A stretch of 64,000 nucleotides of DNA from an uncultured Gemmatimonadota bacterium (GTDB taxonomy: Bacteria; Gemmatimonadota; Gemmatimonadetes; Palauibacterales; Palauibacteraceae). The notes beneath the pieces are model-generated. The model had not been told where the DNA came from and searched no databases. It saw nothing but the letters and a program-made list of their open reading frames with translations. The DNA lies in NCBI GenBank assembly GCA_964518305.1, contig CAZFDK010000006.1, positions 22,618-86,617 of the forward strand. The letters run 5' to 3'. This document shows, piece by piece, positions 1-9,564 of this stretch (positions within the stretch are counted from its first letter, which is position 1; the number at the start of each line of letters is the position of its first letter). The position numbers were made by a program, and so were the translations under genes.

Positions 1-397
1 ACAGTCCCTCCAGAAAGCCGTATCCTCGGCCGTGCTGGAAGAGGGCCAGGTACAGGATGGCGCAGTTCGTCGTGATCAGCGGCAGGAAGACTCCCAGCTG
101 CCGGAAGAGCGTCGGGCTCACCTTCTTGACCGTGATCTCCACGATCTGCACCAGCGAAGCGATGATCACGATGTAGGAGATGAGACGCAGGTAGGGGGCG
201 GCGGGCAGCACGTAGGCGTTCAGAAATGAGGTCGCCAGCGAGGTGATGGTCATCACGAAGATCACCGCGCCGCCCATCCGTATGGCCGTGGACACGCGGT
301 TGGAGACGCCGAAGAACGGGCACAGGCCCACGAAGTAGGCCAGCACGAAGTTGTTGACCAGCGCTGCCGAGAAGAACACGTACGCCAGGTTTTCCAT
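1..397 (-). CDS. rnfA: Rnf electron-transport complex subunit A (RnfA), 3' end outside the window
   Basis: The reverse translation from the ATG at 395-397 reads MENLAYVFFSAALVNNFVLAYFVGLCPFFGVSNRVSTAIRMG..., a typical RnfA/NqrE-type polytopic N-terminus. The ATG overlaps the rnfE stop (ATGA). This gene is not in the ORF track because it runs off the window edge. Confidence 0.9.
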   Translation of the reverse strand, partial: MENLAYVFFSAALVNNFVLAYFVGLCPFFGVSNRVSTAIRMGGAVIFVMTITSLATSFLNAYVLPAAPYLRLISYIVIIASLVQIVEITVKKVSPTLFRQLGVFLPLITTNCAILYLALFQHGRGYGFLEGL

Positions 398-1104
398 CAG
401 CTGCTCCCCTCTCCGCCCGGCACCTTCTCCCGCGCCGGCTCCTCGGTGCGAACCCCCTGCGGCCACCGGCGCGGCTGGACCGCCTCCTCGGACTCCTCGC
501 CCCGTTCGGCCCACCAGCTCACGCCGAGCAGGACGATGCCCAGGGTGAAGAAGCCGCCGGGCGGAAGAATCATGATCACCCACGGCTCCCAGGAGCCGGG
601 CATCACCTGCGCCCCCATCAGGGTGCCGCTGCCCAGGAGCTCACGGACCCCGCCCATCAGCAGGAGGGCGATCCAGAACCCGGCGGAGGTGCCCAGGGCG
701 TCGAGGACGGAGAGGCCCAGGGGGTTCTCGGACGCGAAAGCCTCCTGGCGGCCCAGGATCATGCAGTTCACGACGATCAGCGGCACGAACGCCCCGAGGG
801 CGCGCGAGGCCGACGGCGCCACCGCCCCCATGGCCAGGTCGACGATGGTCACGAACGTGGCGATGACCAGGATGAAGGTGGAGATCCGCACCTGCTCCGG
901 GACCCAGCCCTTGATCAGGGAGACGAGGGTGCTGGAGCCCACCAGCACGAAGGTGGTCGCCGCGCTCATGGCGATGGCGTTCTGCACGGTGTTGGTCACC
1001 GCCAGGGCGGGGCAGAGACCCAGGAGCTGGATGAGCACCGGGTTCTCCTCCCACACGCCCCGGAGGAAGACCTCTCCCGGCTCCTTCTCCCTCATCGGGC
1101 TCAT
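397..1104 (-). CDS. rnfE: Rnf complex subunit E (RnfE)
   Basis: 235-aa polytopic protein with GVWEENPVLIQLLGLCPALAVT and IVVNCMILGR motifs typical of RnfE/NqrD. ATGA overlaps link it to rnfG upstream and rnfA downstream. Confidence 0.9.
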   Translation of the reverse strand: MSPMREKEPGEVFLRGVWEENPVLIQLLGLCPALAVTNTVQNAIAMSAATTFVLVGSSTLVSLIKGWVPEQVRISTFILVIATFVTIVDLAMGAVAPSASRALGAFVPLIVVNCMILGRQEAFASENPLGLSVLDALGTSAGFWIALLLMGGVRELLGSGTLMGAQVMPGSWEPWVIMILPPGGFFTLGIVLLGVSWWAERGEESEEAVQPRRWPQGVRTEEPAREKVPGGEGSS

Positions 1105-1856
1105 GGCGATCCTCCCGTCCGGTCCCCGTCTCCGCCGGCGCCGGCCGGGCCGGACTTACCGGTGGACGGCGCGGGCAGGCCGGCCTTCGCCTCCTCGCGG
1201 AGCGTCGCACCGACGGCGCTGAGCTGCTCGTTGATGATCTCGATGACGGTCTCCGACGAGATCGTGGCGCCCGTGATCATGTCGACCTGGCCGGGGTCGT
1301 CGCCGCCCTCCTTCACTCCCTCCAGCGGAGGACGGATCCCCTCGAACTCGCTGATGAAGCTGCTGTCGGAGGTGATCTTGGCTCCGAGCCCCGGCGTCTC
1401 CTTGCTCTCCAGCACCGTCATGCCCATGACGCGGTCCTCGCGGGGATCGTAGCCGAAGATCAGCCGCACCACGTCCTGGTAGCCGGGCTTCTCGCCCGCC
1501 ACCGCGAATCCTGCCAGCCGTCCGCCATCGAACCCGGCGTAGACGGTCTTCGCGGCGGCCGAGTCCACGCCGGACGGCAGGCTGTCGAGGAGCTGGCCGT
1601 CGACCACGTGCATGGCCCGGTAGGTTTCCGGGCCGCCGAGGACCTGCTGGACGGCCGACCGCAGGCGCTCCGCCCGGTGGGAGACGATCTTCGGGTGAGC
1701 CCACTGGTAGACGAAGACGATGGCGAAGCCCGCCATCACCGCGGCAATTCCCAGCGTCACGATCAGCCTCCACGGCGCGGGCTGCCGGTTCTCCGGCGAC
1801 GGTCCGCTCTCCCCGTCTCCGTTCCCGTCGCCCACGGGCAACTCGCGCTCGCTCAT
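1101..1856 (-). CDS. rnfG: Rnf complex subunit G (RnfG, FMN-binding)
   Basis: Only the C-terminal 251 aa of track ORF 1101..2789 look real. They have a single N-terminal TM (WRLIVTLGIAAVMAGFAIVFVY) and the FMN-attachment region VDMITGATISSETV (SGAT-like). The ATG at 1854-1856 overlaps the rnfD stop (ATGA). Confidence 0.85.
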   Translation of the reverse strand: MSERELPVGDGNGDGESGPSPENRQPAPWRLIVTLGIAAVMAGFAIVFVYQWAHPKIVSHRAERLRSAVQQVLGGPETYRAMHVVDGQLLDSLPSGVDSAAAKTVYAGFDGGRLAGFAVAGEKPGYQDVVRLIFGYDPREDRVMGMTVLESKETPGLGAKITSDSSFISEFEGIRPPLEGVKEGGDDPGQVDMITGATISSETVIEIINEQLSAVGATLREEAKAGLPAPSTGKSGPAGAGGDGDRTGGSP

Positions 1857-2941
1857 CCGGATCCCCCCTCCGCCGCCCGCGCCCCGAAGGGCGTGGGCAG
1901 GGTGACCCGGTCCAGGAACGGGACCAGGGCGTTCATGAACAGGATCGCGTACATGATCCCCTCGGGCAGGCCGCCCCAGATGCGGATCAGGACCGTGATC
2001 ACACCGATCCCGATGCCGAACAGCCAGACGCCGCTGGCCGTCACCGGGGACGTGACCATGTCGGTGGCCATGTAGACGGCGCCCAGGATCAGGCCTCCGG
2101 AGAAGATCATGAACAGCGGGCCCGGATAGGCGGCGGGGTCGATCAGGTGCAGGACGCCGGAGAAGGCGGCGACCGTGGCGAAGATGCTCACCGGTATGCG
2201 CCAGTCCAGGTAGTTCTTGAGGGCCAGGTAGCCGCCGCAGATCAGGATGACGAGGCCGGCGGTCTCGCCCAGGGAGCCGCCGGTGTTGCCGATGAGCAGG
2301 CGTCCGACCTCGGTGATCTCCCCCTCGAACTTCATCAGCCCCAGGGGCGTCGCCGCGGTGGCCGCGTCGATCTCGGGAGGCTGCAGGAGGGGCAGGGCGA
2401 GGTTCGACTGGTAGACGGTGGCCCGGCCGACGCCCACGGCCGGCCACGTGGTGATGGCCGTGGGGAAGGAGGCCTGGAGGAACGCCCGTCCCAGGAGCGC
2501 CGGGTTGAAGACGTTCTGGCCCAGCCCGCCGAAGATCAGCTTGCCGAACCCCAGGCCGAAGGCGCCCCCGAGAGCGGCCATCCACAGCGGGATGCTGGCG
2601 GGGAGCGTGAGCCCGAGGAGGACGCCGGTGATGACCGCCGATCCGTCGGAGACGGCGTCCAGGTCCTCGAAGGCCCACTCCGTGGCCACGGCCCCGACGG
2701 TTGCGGCCGAGATCACGAGGAGCGCCGAGAGGCCGAAGAACCAGGCGGCGGCGCCCACCACCGGGACCAGGGTCGCCGCCACGGTCCACATGATCCGCGG
2801 CGTGGAGTCCGGGGACTGGATGTGGGGAGACGGCGCGATGCGGAGGGCGGCGCCGGAATCATCCGGCCGCCGGTCCGCGTGCCCCGATGCGCGTCCCCGG
2901 GCCCGTCCGGAGGACCCTCGGCCCCCTCCGCCCGGGGTCAC
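1853..2941 (-). CDS. rnfD: Rnf complex subunit D (RnfD)
   Basis: The real part of track ORF 1853..3991 includes the SPHI motif near the N-terminus, GLGQNVFNPALLGRAF, and the TGATPL-like ATPLGL region. The proposed GTG start at 2939-2941 overlaps the rnfC TGA (GTGA). No ATG lies upstream of the conserved SPHI. Confidence 0.88.
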   Translation of the reverse strand: MTPGGGGRGSSGRARGRASGHADRRPDDSGAALRIAPSPHIQSPDSTPRIMWTVAATLVPVVGAAAWFFGLSALLVISAATVGAVATEWAFEDLDAVSDGSAVITGVLLGLTLPASIPLWMAALGGAFGLGFGKLIFGGLGQNVFNPALLGRAFLQASFPTAITTWPAVGVGRATVYQSNLALPLLQPPEIDAATAATPLGLMKFEGEITEVGRLLIGNTGGSLGETAGLVILICGGYLALKNYLDWRIPVSIFATVAAFSGVLHLIDPAAYPGPLFMIFSGGLILGAVYMATDMVTSPVTASGVWLFGIGIGVITVLIRIWGGLPEGIMYAILFMNALVPFLDRVTLPTPFGARAAEGGSG

Positions 2942-4356
2942 GCCGCGTCCTTTTCCGGGCCCCCGTCCCCGGACCCGGTCCCGTCGGCCGACTCCTCCGG
3001 CTCGTCCTCGGCCTCCTCCGCCAGGCGGCGGAGCCGGCGGACCTGGTTCTTGCCCGCGGCGATGAGCTGGGTGAGGGGGATGTTGGAAGGGCAGACGTAC
3101 GCGCAGCTCCCGCACAGCATGCAGTCGTCGAGGTCGAGCTCCGTCATCTCCTCGAACTGACCGGCCCGTGAGAAGAGTCCGAGGTCGGCCGGGTCGAGGA
3201 ACACCGGGCAGGCCTCGAGGCAGCGCCCGCACCGGATGCAGGGATACTCCGGCCCGGTGGCGGCCGCGTCCGAGGTGAGGATGACGATTCCGGTGGTCCC
3301 CTTGAGGATCGGGGTGTCCAGGTCGGCCTGGGCGTTGCCCATCATCGGGCCACCGAAGACCACGCGCTCGGCGTCCTGCGTGAGGCCGCCGCAGAACTCG
3401 ATGGCATCGGCGATCCGGGTGCCCACCGGGACGGTGAGATTGGACGGGCGGCGGATTCCGGGGCCGGTGACCGTGACGATCCGCTCCACCAGCGGGTAGC
3501 CGGTCTCGAACACCTGGGCGATGGTGGAGATCGAGCCCACGTTCTGAACCACTACCCCGACCTCCAGGGGCAGGCCGCCGGAGGGGACCTCCCGGTCGAG
3601 GATCGACTTGATCATCATCTTCTCGGCGCCCTGCGGGTACTTGGCCCGTAGGGAGACGACGGAGATGTCCAGGTCGCTCGGGATCGTCTGGCGGAGCTCC
3701 TCGATTGCGTCGGGCTTGTTCTCCTCCACGCCGATCACCGCCCGCTCCACGTCCAGGGCGTGCATCATCACGCGGAGTCCGAAGTGCACCCGGTCCGGGT
3801 GCTCCACCATGGTCCGGTGGTCGCCGGTCAGGTACGGCTCGCACTCGGCCCCGTTGGCGATGATCGTGTCGATCTCGGCGTCCTCCGGGGGCGAGAGCTT
3901 GACGTGGGTGGGGAAGGCGGCCCCGCCCAGGCCCACCACGCCGGCGTCCTTCACGGCGCCTGCCACCTCGCCGGCTTCCAGCTCCTTCCACTCGGGTACG
4001 ATCCGGGGCCGCGGCACCTGCGGATCATGGGGATCGACGTCGACGATCACCGCCTCCTGCATCGATCCGTCGGGATGCGGCCAGCGTCGGATGTCGCGGA
4101 CCGTACCGGCGGCCGAGGCGTGGATGGGGGAGGAGATGAAGCCCCGGGCCTCGCCGATCTTGTCGCCCCGCTGCACCCGGTCGCCTTTCTCCACCAGCGG
4201 ACGGGCCGCCTCGCCCGCGTGCTGCTTCAGCGGCAGGGCCAGTCGGTCCGGGAAGGGCATGCGGCGGATCGCCTCGCCGGAGGTGAGATCCTTCAGGTCC
4301 GGGGGGTGGACCCCGTGCCTGAAGCCGGAGCCGACGTCCAGGTCGAAGAGGCTCAC
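2938..4356 (-). CDS. rnfC: Rnf complex subunit C (RnfC; NADH-binding, 2x[4Fe-4S])
   Basis: Motifs include VVGLGGAAFPTHVKL, ANGAECEPYLTGDHR, and two ferredoxin motifs (CIRCGRCLEACP and CMLCGSCAYVCP). I prefer the GTG at 4354-4356, which overlaps the upstream stop (GTGA), over the track ATG at 4383, which would overlap the upstream gene by 31 nt. Confidence 0.9.
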   Translation of the reverse strand: MSLFDLDVGSGFRHGVHPPDLKDLTSGEAIRRMPFPDRLALPLKQHAGEAARPLVEKGDRVQRGDKIGEARGFISSPIHASAAGTVRDIRRWPHPDGSMQEAVIVDVDPHDPQVPRPRIVPEWKELEAGEVAGAVKDAGVVGLGGAAFPTHVKLSPPEDAEIDTIIANGAECEPYLTGDHRTMVEHPDRVHFGLRVMMHALDVERAVIGVEENKPDAIEELRQTIPSDLDISVVSLRAKYPQGAEKMMIKSILDREVPSGGLPLEVGVVVQNVGSISTIAQVFETGYPLVERIVTVTGPGIRRPSNLTVPVGTRIADAIEFCGGLTQDAERVVFGGPMMGNAQADLDTPILKGTTGIVILTSDAAATGPEYPCIRCGRCLEACPVFLDPADLGLFSRAGQFEEMTELDLDDCMLCGSCAYVCPSNIPLTQLIAAGKNQVRRLRRLAEEAEDEPEESADGTGSGDGGPEKDAA

Positions 4357-7300
4357 TGGAACGGCTCCGCCCGCTCGATCCACTCCTCCAGATCCGGCTC
4401 GTCCGGATCCATGGGATCACCGGGATGGATGATGGCGGCAGTGCACTTCTCGGCCGCCTTCACCAGCTCTCTGAACGTGCCCGCCTCCGGGTCCTTGATG
4501 TAGGCCTGCTTGTCGTCGTCATAGGCGAACATGTCGTCGTTGATGTCGATGCACTCGTCGCAGGTGGTGCACCGGGCGGTCTCGATGTAGGGCTCGCGGC
4601 GGATCGTCTGCTCTTTCGCCGCGTCCGCCGCCTCCGCTTCGTCCGCGGCATCCTCCGCCGCCGCTTCTTCCTCCACGGCGGTCTTCTCGGCAGGGGGCGC
4701 CGCGGTGGCGGTTCCACCGCCCGCCGGCCCGCTCTCGGACCCGGCCGTGCCGGCGCCCGACCCATTTCCGCCCGGGCCGGCCTCCTCGACGTCGATGAGC
4801 TCCAGGTTCGGGGTGCTCTCCGCCTCCTCCAGCAGGTCCCCCACAGTCCGGTCGCGGTCCACCGACCGGACCAGCCCCTCGGCCATGCGCCGCGCCACCT
4901 TCCGGGCGTAGTCCCGCTTGAATTGCGCGAGCTCCTCGTCGTAGCGGGACTCGAGCTCCTCCTGCCGGGCCTCCAACTCCTGCTCCAGCTCGGAGCGGAT
5001 CTCGTCGCGCACCGACTCCGGGACCTCGAGACCCGCCAGCTCCCGCAGCTGCGACCAGAAGGAGAGACGCTCCTCGGCCAGCTCGACCATCTCCTCCGAG
5101 GCGGCCAGCCGCGAGATCCGATCAACCCCGTCCAGCGAGTAGACGAAGGGAGTGGCGTCGGCCCGCCCCTCCTCGTCCAGGTCCACGTACTCGTGGAAGA
5201 GAACGAGCTTCTCGCCGTCGGGACCCTCCGGCGCCCGGCCCTCGTCGTCGGGGAGCGGCAGCTCGGCCCTCCCCAGGTCGCGGAAGTGCCTCCCGAACCG
5301 GCCCTCGGTGGCCGCCCAGTCGGCGATCGTCATGGGCAGCTCCAGGGTCCGCGTCTCGTCGCCCTCCGGGGAGCGGTACTCCAGCTCGTAGGTGGGCCAC
5401 CGCTCGTCCACCGAGGGGTTGCCCTCGAGGCTCAGGCAGTCGGCGATGGAGTCGCCGGCGTCGGGATCGTAGGTGAAGTGGGGGAAGGCGCGGCTCTCCA
5501 GGGCGAGGCGCGCGGCCTCGGGCGCCCACTCGTCCGGCGTCCCGTGCTCCACGGGGCAGGGGGTGTGGATGTTGAAGATCGCCGGGCGGCGCTTCCTGAG
5601 GCCCTTCAGCACGCCCTCCAGCATGTGGGAGGCCGTGGCCTGGGAGCTCTGGAGCACGTACGCGCCGCGGTGGGCCAGGGCGATCAGCCCCAGCTCCTTG
5701 CGCGTCTCTTCCTTGCCGTGCTGGGCCTCGCCGTACTCCGCCATGTCGGAGACCTGGCCCAGGAAGCCGCTCGTGCACGCCTGGCCGCCGGTGTTCGAGT
5801 AGACCTGGGTGTCCAGCACGAGCACCCGGATCGGCTTCCCGGAGGCCAGGAGCCGCGAGAGGTTCTGGTGGCCGATGTCCAGCATGGCGCCGTCTCCGCC
5901 GACGACGAGCATCGGGGGACAGAGCTCGAACTCCTCGTCGGTGAGGTCGCGCCACCCCAGGTTTCGGAGCCGTGTCCCGTCCTCGCCGGGGTCGTACTCG
6001 TCTTCGAGGATCAGCTCCGCGCGGCGGACGTTGGCGAAGTCGTCCGCCATGTCCCGCATGTGGCCCTCGAAGATGCCGATGGCCACGGACGGGGCGTCCT
6101 GGAAGAGGTGGTTCACCCAGGGCACCGGGTACGGATTGTACGGGTAGGTGCTGCCCCAGACGGAGGAGCAGCCCGTGCTGTTGGCGATCCCGAGCTCGGC
6201 GCGGCCCCGACCGCTGGGTCCCTCCACGTAGCGCCAGCGGAGGTCCCGCAGGTCCTCGAGGGTGTCGGCGATGCGCCGCAGCCGCTCCTTCTTGCCCGGC
6301 TCCAGCTCGACGTCGACGGTGTCGTCCCCGGAGATGGCCGCCAGGTCGACCTCGACGTCTTCGGAGACCATCTCCCGGGCCTCGCGGTCCAGCGCCTCGA
6401 TCAGCTCGTCCAGCTTCTCGACGAAGTCCTCGACCCGGGACTGCATGGCGGCCGTGACGGCCGACACCACGAGGTGGACCGTGGTCTTCTCGCCGCAGCC
6501 CATGCAGGCCCCGTCCCCGCCCACCATGGAGCGATAGACGTCCTTCTTGAGGAGCAGGGAGGGAAGGACGCCGATCCCACGGTCCACGTCCACGACGTTG
6601 ATGTACCGGTCGTCGGTGTCCGGGAGCTCCTCCCACAGATCCCAGTTGCGGCGGAGCTCCTCGACCGTCTCCTCGTCCTGCTGCACCGTGCGCAGGGCGT
6701 CGTCCGGGCAGACCTCCACGCAGATGTTGCAGCCCTTGCATGCCTCCGGGTCCACCGTGATGGAGAGGAGCCCGCCCGTGCCGTCCTCGCGTGACTCGGG
6801 GACCTCCCAGAAGGGCGAGGTCTTCGCCACGGGAAAGTCCTCGAGCACAGAGTGAACGGCCGCGAAGTCCCGGTCGAGCTCCGCTTTCCGCTCCGGTGCC
6901 CAGTCCAGCTTCGGCGTCAGGTTCTCGTACGCCGTCCGCACCGTGTCGCCGAAGTCCTCCACGGGGGTGGCCTCAACCACGCTGCGGATCTCCCGGGCCA
7001 GGTGCTTCGACACCTGCCGGAGGCGGTCCAGCGAGCGGTCGCCGCGGGAGGCTACGCGGATGGCGGAGTCCAGGATCTGCTCCGGCGTGTTGACCAGGCC
7101 GGGAATGGCGCTGTCCGGACACTGCGTCCAGCACTTGCTGCACCCGGTGCAGTTCTCGGGAACGAACTCCGGCACCTCGAGGCGGATGCTCGTCATGTCC
7201 TTGATGGCGCTCGAGGCCGCCGGGATGGCGCTGAGGGCCGCGAAGGGGTCCGCCACCGGGTCCTCGCCGCCCTCGTACAGGGAGCACACCTGGCCGAAGA

Positions 7301-9563
7301 AGCGCCCGGGGTCGGCCACGCCGGGCTCGGCGTCCACGCGCATCTCCGTCGGAATCTCCGCCATGGGGAGCGGCTGGCCCGGGGCGTCCGCGCGCTCGTC
7401 CTCGGGCACCGGCACCGGGCGGACCTCATCGTAGCCGCGCTGAATGACCCGCACGTTGTCCTCGACGACCTCGTCTCCCAGGTAGCCGAACTTACGCTCC
7501 ATCCGGGCGCGGATGCCCCCGAAGAGCGTCTCCTCGTCCAGTCCAAGGTTCTCCATCAGGGGGGAGACGGCGAAGAAGGCCCCCATGAAGGCCCCGCCCT
7601 GCATCCGATAGCGGAGGCTGGGGTCGGAGGCCTCGTCGGCGGCGATTCGAAAGCCGTCCAGGGCGTAGACCTGAATGTCCCGGTCGCGGATCTCGCGACG
7701 GGCGCGGTCGGGGAGTTCGTCCCACAGCTCCGCCGGCGGCCGATCGCTCTGGATCACGAAGGCGCCTCCGTCCTCGAGGCCGTGGAGCGGATCCGACGTG
7801 CCGAACACGTTCGGGTCCGGCGAGAGCACGGCGTCGACGTGCTTGAGCTCGGCGTTGATCCGGACCGGGTCCGGCGAGAGCGTGGCGAAGAAGGTCGTGG
7901 GCTGTCCCTTCTTCTCCGACCCGTACTTGGGATTGGCCTTGATGTGCAGCCCGGCCAGCTCGAAGGCGGTCATCGCCAGGTTCTTGCCCGTGGTCATCGC
8001 CCCCCATCCGCCCACGGAGTGAATGCGGAGGGAGACCGAGTCGTCGGGCATCAGGTCCAGGTCGCCGGCGGAATCCAGGGCCAGGTCCGTCAGCTCCGGA
8101 TAGTCGTCCAGCAGTTCCTCCTGCTGCACCTGGAGCTTCGGATAGCGGGTGTCCTCCCGGACGAAGTCGACGCCCAGGTAGTACTGGCGCCGGCCGTCGC
8201 CGTCGTCGAGCATGTTCTCCACCGCCGCCACCAGGTCGCCGGGCTGGAGGTCCCGGCTGCCCATGCCGAAGGCGGCGGAGTAGAGCTCCGGAGTCTCACC
8301 GTCGCCGATCGGTGTGACACCGGGGTGGGGGAGCGGGCTGTCGCTCTCCGCGGGAAGCGGATAGCGGGGGTGCGCCGAGTGCCCGTCGGCCCGCCCGTTC
8401 TCCCGCCCCTTGGAGAGGGCCGTCCGAATCTCGCGAAGCAGCGGGGCGTCGGAAGCCAGCGGCTGGTCCAGCCGCTCCAGCACCGTCACGCCCTCCTTGC
8501 CGCGCAGGAGCCGGGTCACCCGGTCCGAGGGGAAGGGACGGAACATGGTCATGTTGAGCACGCCGACCTTCAGCCCCCGCTCCTCACGCAGGTAGTCCGC
8601 GGTTGCCTGGGCGTTGCCCACCACGGTGCCCTGTCCCACGAGCACGTAGTCGGCGTCGTCCAGCCGGTACCCCGAGGCCCGCTCGTACCGCCGGCCCGTG
8701 AGACGCGCGTACTCCTCCATCGCCCGTTCCGTCAGCTCCCGGACGTGGCCGAAGTAGAAGGGTCGCTGGGCGGCCACTCCCTGCGCGTAGGAGTCCTGGT
8801 TCTGGACGGAGCCGAGCAACGCCGGATAGTCGAAGTCGTAGAGGACGGGGATCCTGCGGCGCCGGTCGCCGAACACCTTCCGCTGCGCCGGGGTGGGGGC
8901 GTCGATCATGTCCGACGGGTCGCCGAGGTAGGCCCGCACGAGTTCGGGCCCCGGCAGGAGCAGGGACTCGATCACGTGGGTGCTCAGGAACCCGTCCTGG
9001 GCCATTACGCCCGGGTTCAGCGCCAGCTCGGCGATGCGGTGGGCGATCAGGTTCAGGTCCGCCGCCTCCTGGACGTTCTTCGCGAAGAGCTGGAAGAACC
9101 CGGTGTCGTCGATGGCGTGGTAGTCGTCGTGGCCGGCATGGATGTTCAGCGCCTGCTTGGTCATGGCCCGGCAGGCCATGTTCAGCACGTACGGCAGGCG
9201 CTTGCCGGCGGCCGCGTACAGGGACTCATGCATGTACGCGATGCCCTGGCTGCCCGAGAAGTTCGCGGCCCGGAGCCCGGACATGCTCATTCCCGCCGTC
9301 ACGCCGGCCGCGGCGTGCTCGCCCTCGGGCTCGAAGAAGAGCAGCTCCCGGCCGAATGCGTTCTTCTTCCCGCGGGCGGCGGCGCTGGACCATCCTTCGC
9401 CCATGTCCGTGGCGGGGGTGATGGGATACGCGCCGGCGGCCTCGCTGGCCTCGGTCTCCACCGAGGCGACGGCCTCGCTGCCGTCCATGGCCACGGTCTC
9501 CCCGGGGAAGGGCGGTCCGTCGGCCTCGTCGCGCTCGCGGTCGTGTTTCTCGGACGGGGTCAT
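4353..9563 (-). CDS. Giant fused 2-oxoacid:ferredoxin oxidoreductase (PFOR/NifJ-like, 1736 aa) with a C-terminal coiled-coil, flexible linker and single-cluster ferredoxin domain
   Basis: PFOR domain order can be read directly. It has N-terminal YPITPATDM and a gamma-like SVGGWGAMTTGKNL...KYGSEKKG region. Two motifs follow, CTGCSKCWTQCP and CKGCNICVEVCP. The TPP domain carries GDGACMGCGEKT and GGDGAMLDIGHQNL...SNTGGQ. The C-terminal ~330 aa are extra: a heptad-like charged segment, an Ala/Gly/Glu linker, then CTTCDEC...EKCTAAIIHPG. Confidence 0.9.
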   Translation of the reverse strand: MTPSEKHDRERDEADGPPFPGETVAMDGSEAVASVETEASEAAGAYPITPATDMGEGWSSAAARGKKNAFGRELLFFEPEGEHAAAGVTAGMSMSGLRAANFSGSQGIAYMHESLYAAAGKRLPYVLNMACRAMTKQALNIHAGHDDYHAIDDTGFFQLFAKNVQEAADLNLIAHRIAELALNPGVMAQDGFLSTHVIESLLLPGPELVRAYLGDPSDMIDAPTPAQRKVFGDRRRRIPVLYDFDYPALLGSVQNQDSYAQGVAAQRPFYFGHVRELTERAMEEYARLTGRRYERASGYRLDDADYVLVGQGTVVGNAQATADYLREERGLKVGVLNMTMFRPFPSDRVTRLLRGKEGVTVLERLDQPLASDAPLLREIRTALSKGRENGRADGHSAHPRYPLPAESDSPLPHPGVTPIGDGETPELYSAAFGMGSRDLQPGDLVAAVENMLDDGDGRRQYYLGVDFVREDTRYPKLQVQQEELLDDYPELTDLALDSAGDLDLMPDDSVSLRIHSVGGWGAMTTGKNLAMTAFELAGLHIKANPKYGSEKKGQPTTFFATLSPDPVRINAELKHVDAVLSPDPNVFGTSDPLHGLEDGGAFVIQSDRPPAELWDELPDRARREIRDRDIQVYALDGFRIAADEASDPSLRYRMQGGAFMGAFFAVSPLMENLGLDEETLFGGIRARMERKFGYLGDEVVEDNVRVIQRGYDEVRPVPVPEDERADAPGQPLPMAEIPTEMRVDAEPGVADPGRFFGQVCSLYEGGEDPVADPFAALSAIPAASSAIKDMTSIRLEVPEFVPENCTGCSKCWTQCPDSAIPGLVNTPEQILDSAIRVASRGDRSLDRLRQVSKHLAREIRSVVEATPVEDFGDTVRTAYENLTPKLDWAPERKAELDRDFAAVHSVLEDFPVAKTSPFWEVPESREDGTGGLLSITVDPEACKGCNICVEVCPDDALRTVQQDEETVEELRRNWDLWEELPDTDDRYINVVDVDRGIGVLPSLLLKKDVYRSMVGGDGACMGCGEKTTVHLVVSAVTAAMQSRVEDFVEKLDELIEALDREAREMVSEDVEVDLAAISGDDTVDVELEPGKKERLRRIADTLEDLRDLRWRYVEGPSGRGRAELGIANSTGCSSVWGSTYPYNPYPVPWVNHLFQDAPSVAIGIFEGHMRDMADDFANVRRAELILEDEYDPGEDGTRLRNLGWRDLTDEEFELCPPMLVVGGDGAMLDIGHQNLSRLLASGKPIRVLVLDTQVYSNTGGQACTSGFLGQVSDMAEYGEAQHGKEETRKELGLIALAHRGAYVLQSSQATASHMLEGVLKGLRKRRPAIFNIHTPCPVEHGTPDEWAPEAARLALESRAFPHFTYDPDAGDSIADCLSLEGNPSVDERWPTYELEYRSPEGDETRTLELPMTIADWAATEGRFGRHFRDLGRAELPLPDDEGRAPEGPDGEKLVLFHEYVDLDEEGRADATPFVYSLDGVDRISRLAASEEMVELAEERLSFWSQLRELAGLEVPESVRDEIRSELEQELEARQEELESRYDEELAQFKRDYARKVARRMAEGLVRSVDRDRTVGDLLEEAESTPNLELIDVEEAGPGGNGSGAGTAGSESGPAGGGTATAAPPAEKTAVEEEAAAEDAADEAEAADAAKEQTIRREPYIETARCTTCDECIDINDDMFAYDDDKQAYIKDPEAGTFRELVKAAEKCTAAIIHPGDPMDPDEPDLEEWIERAEPFQ

Positions 9564-9564
9564 G

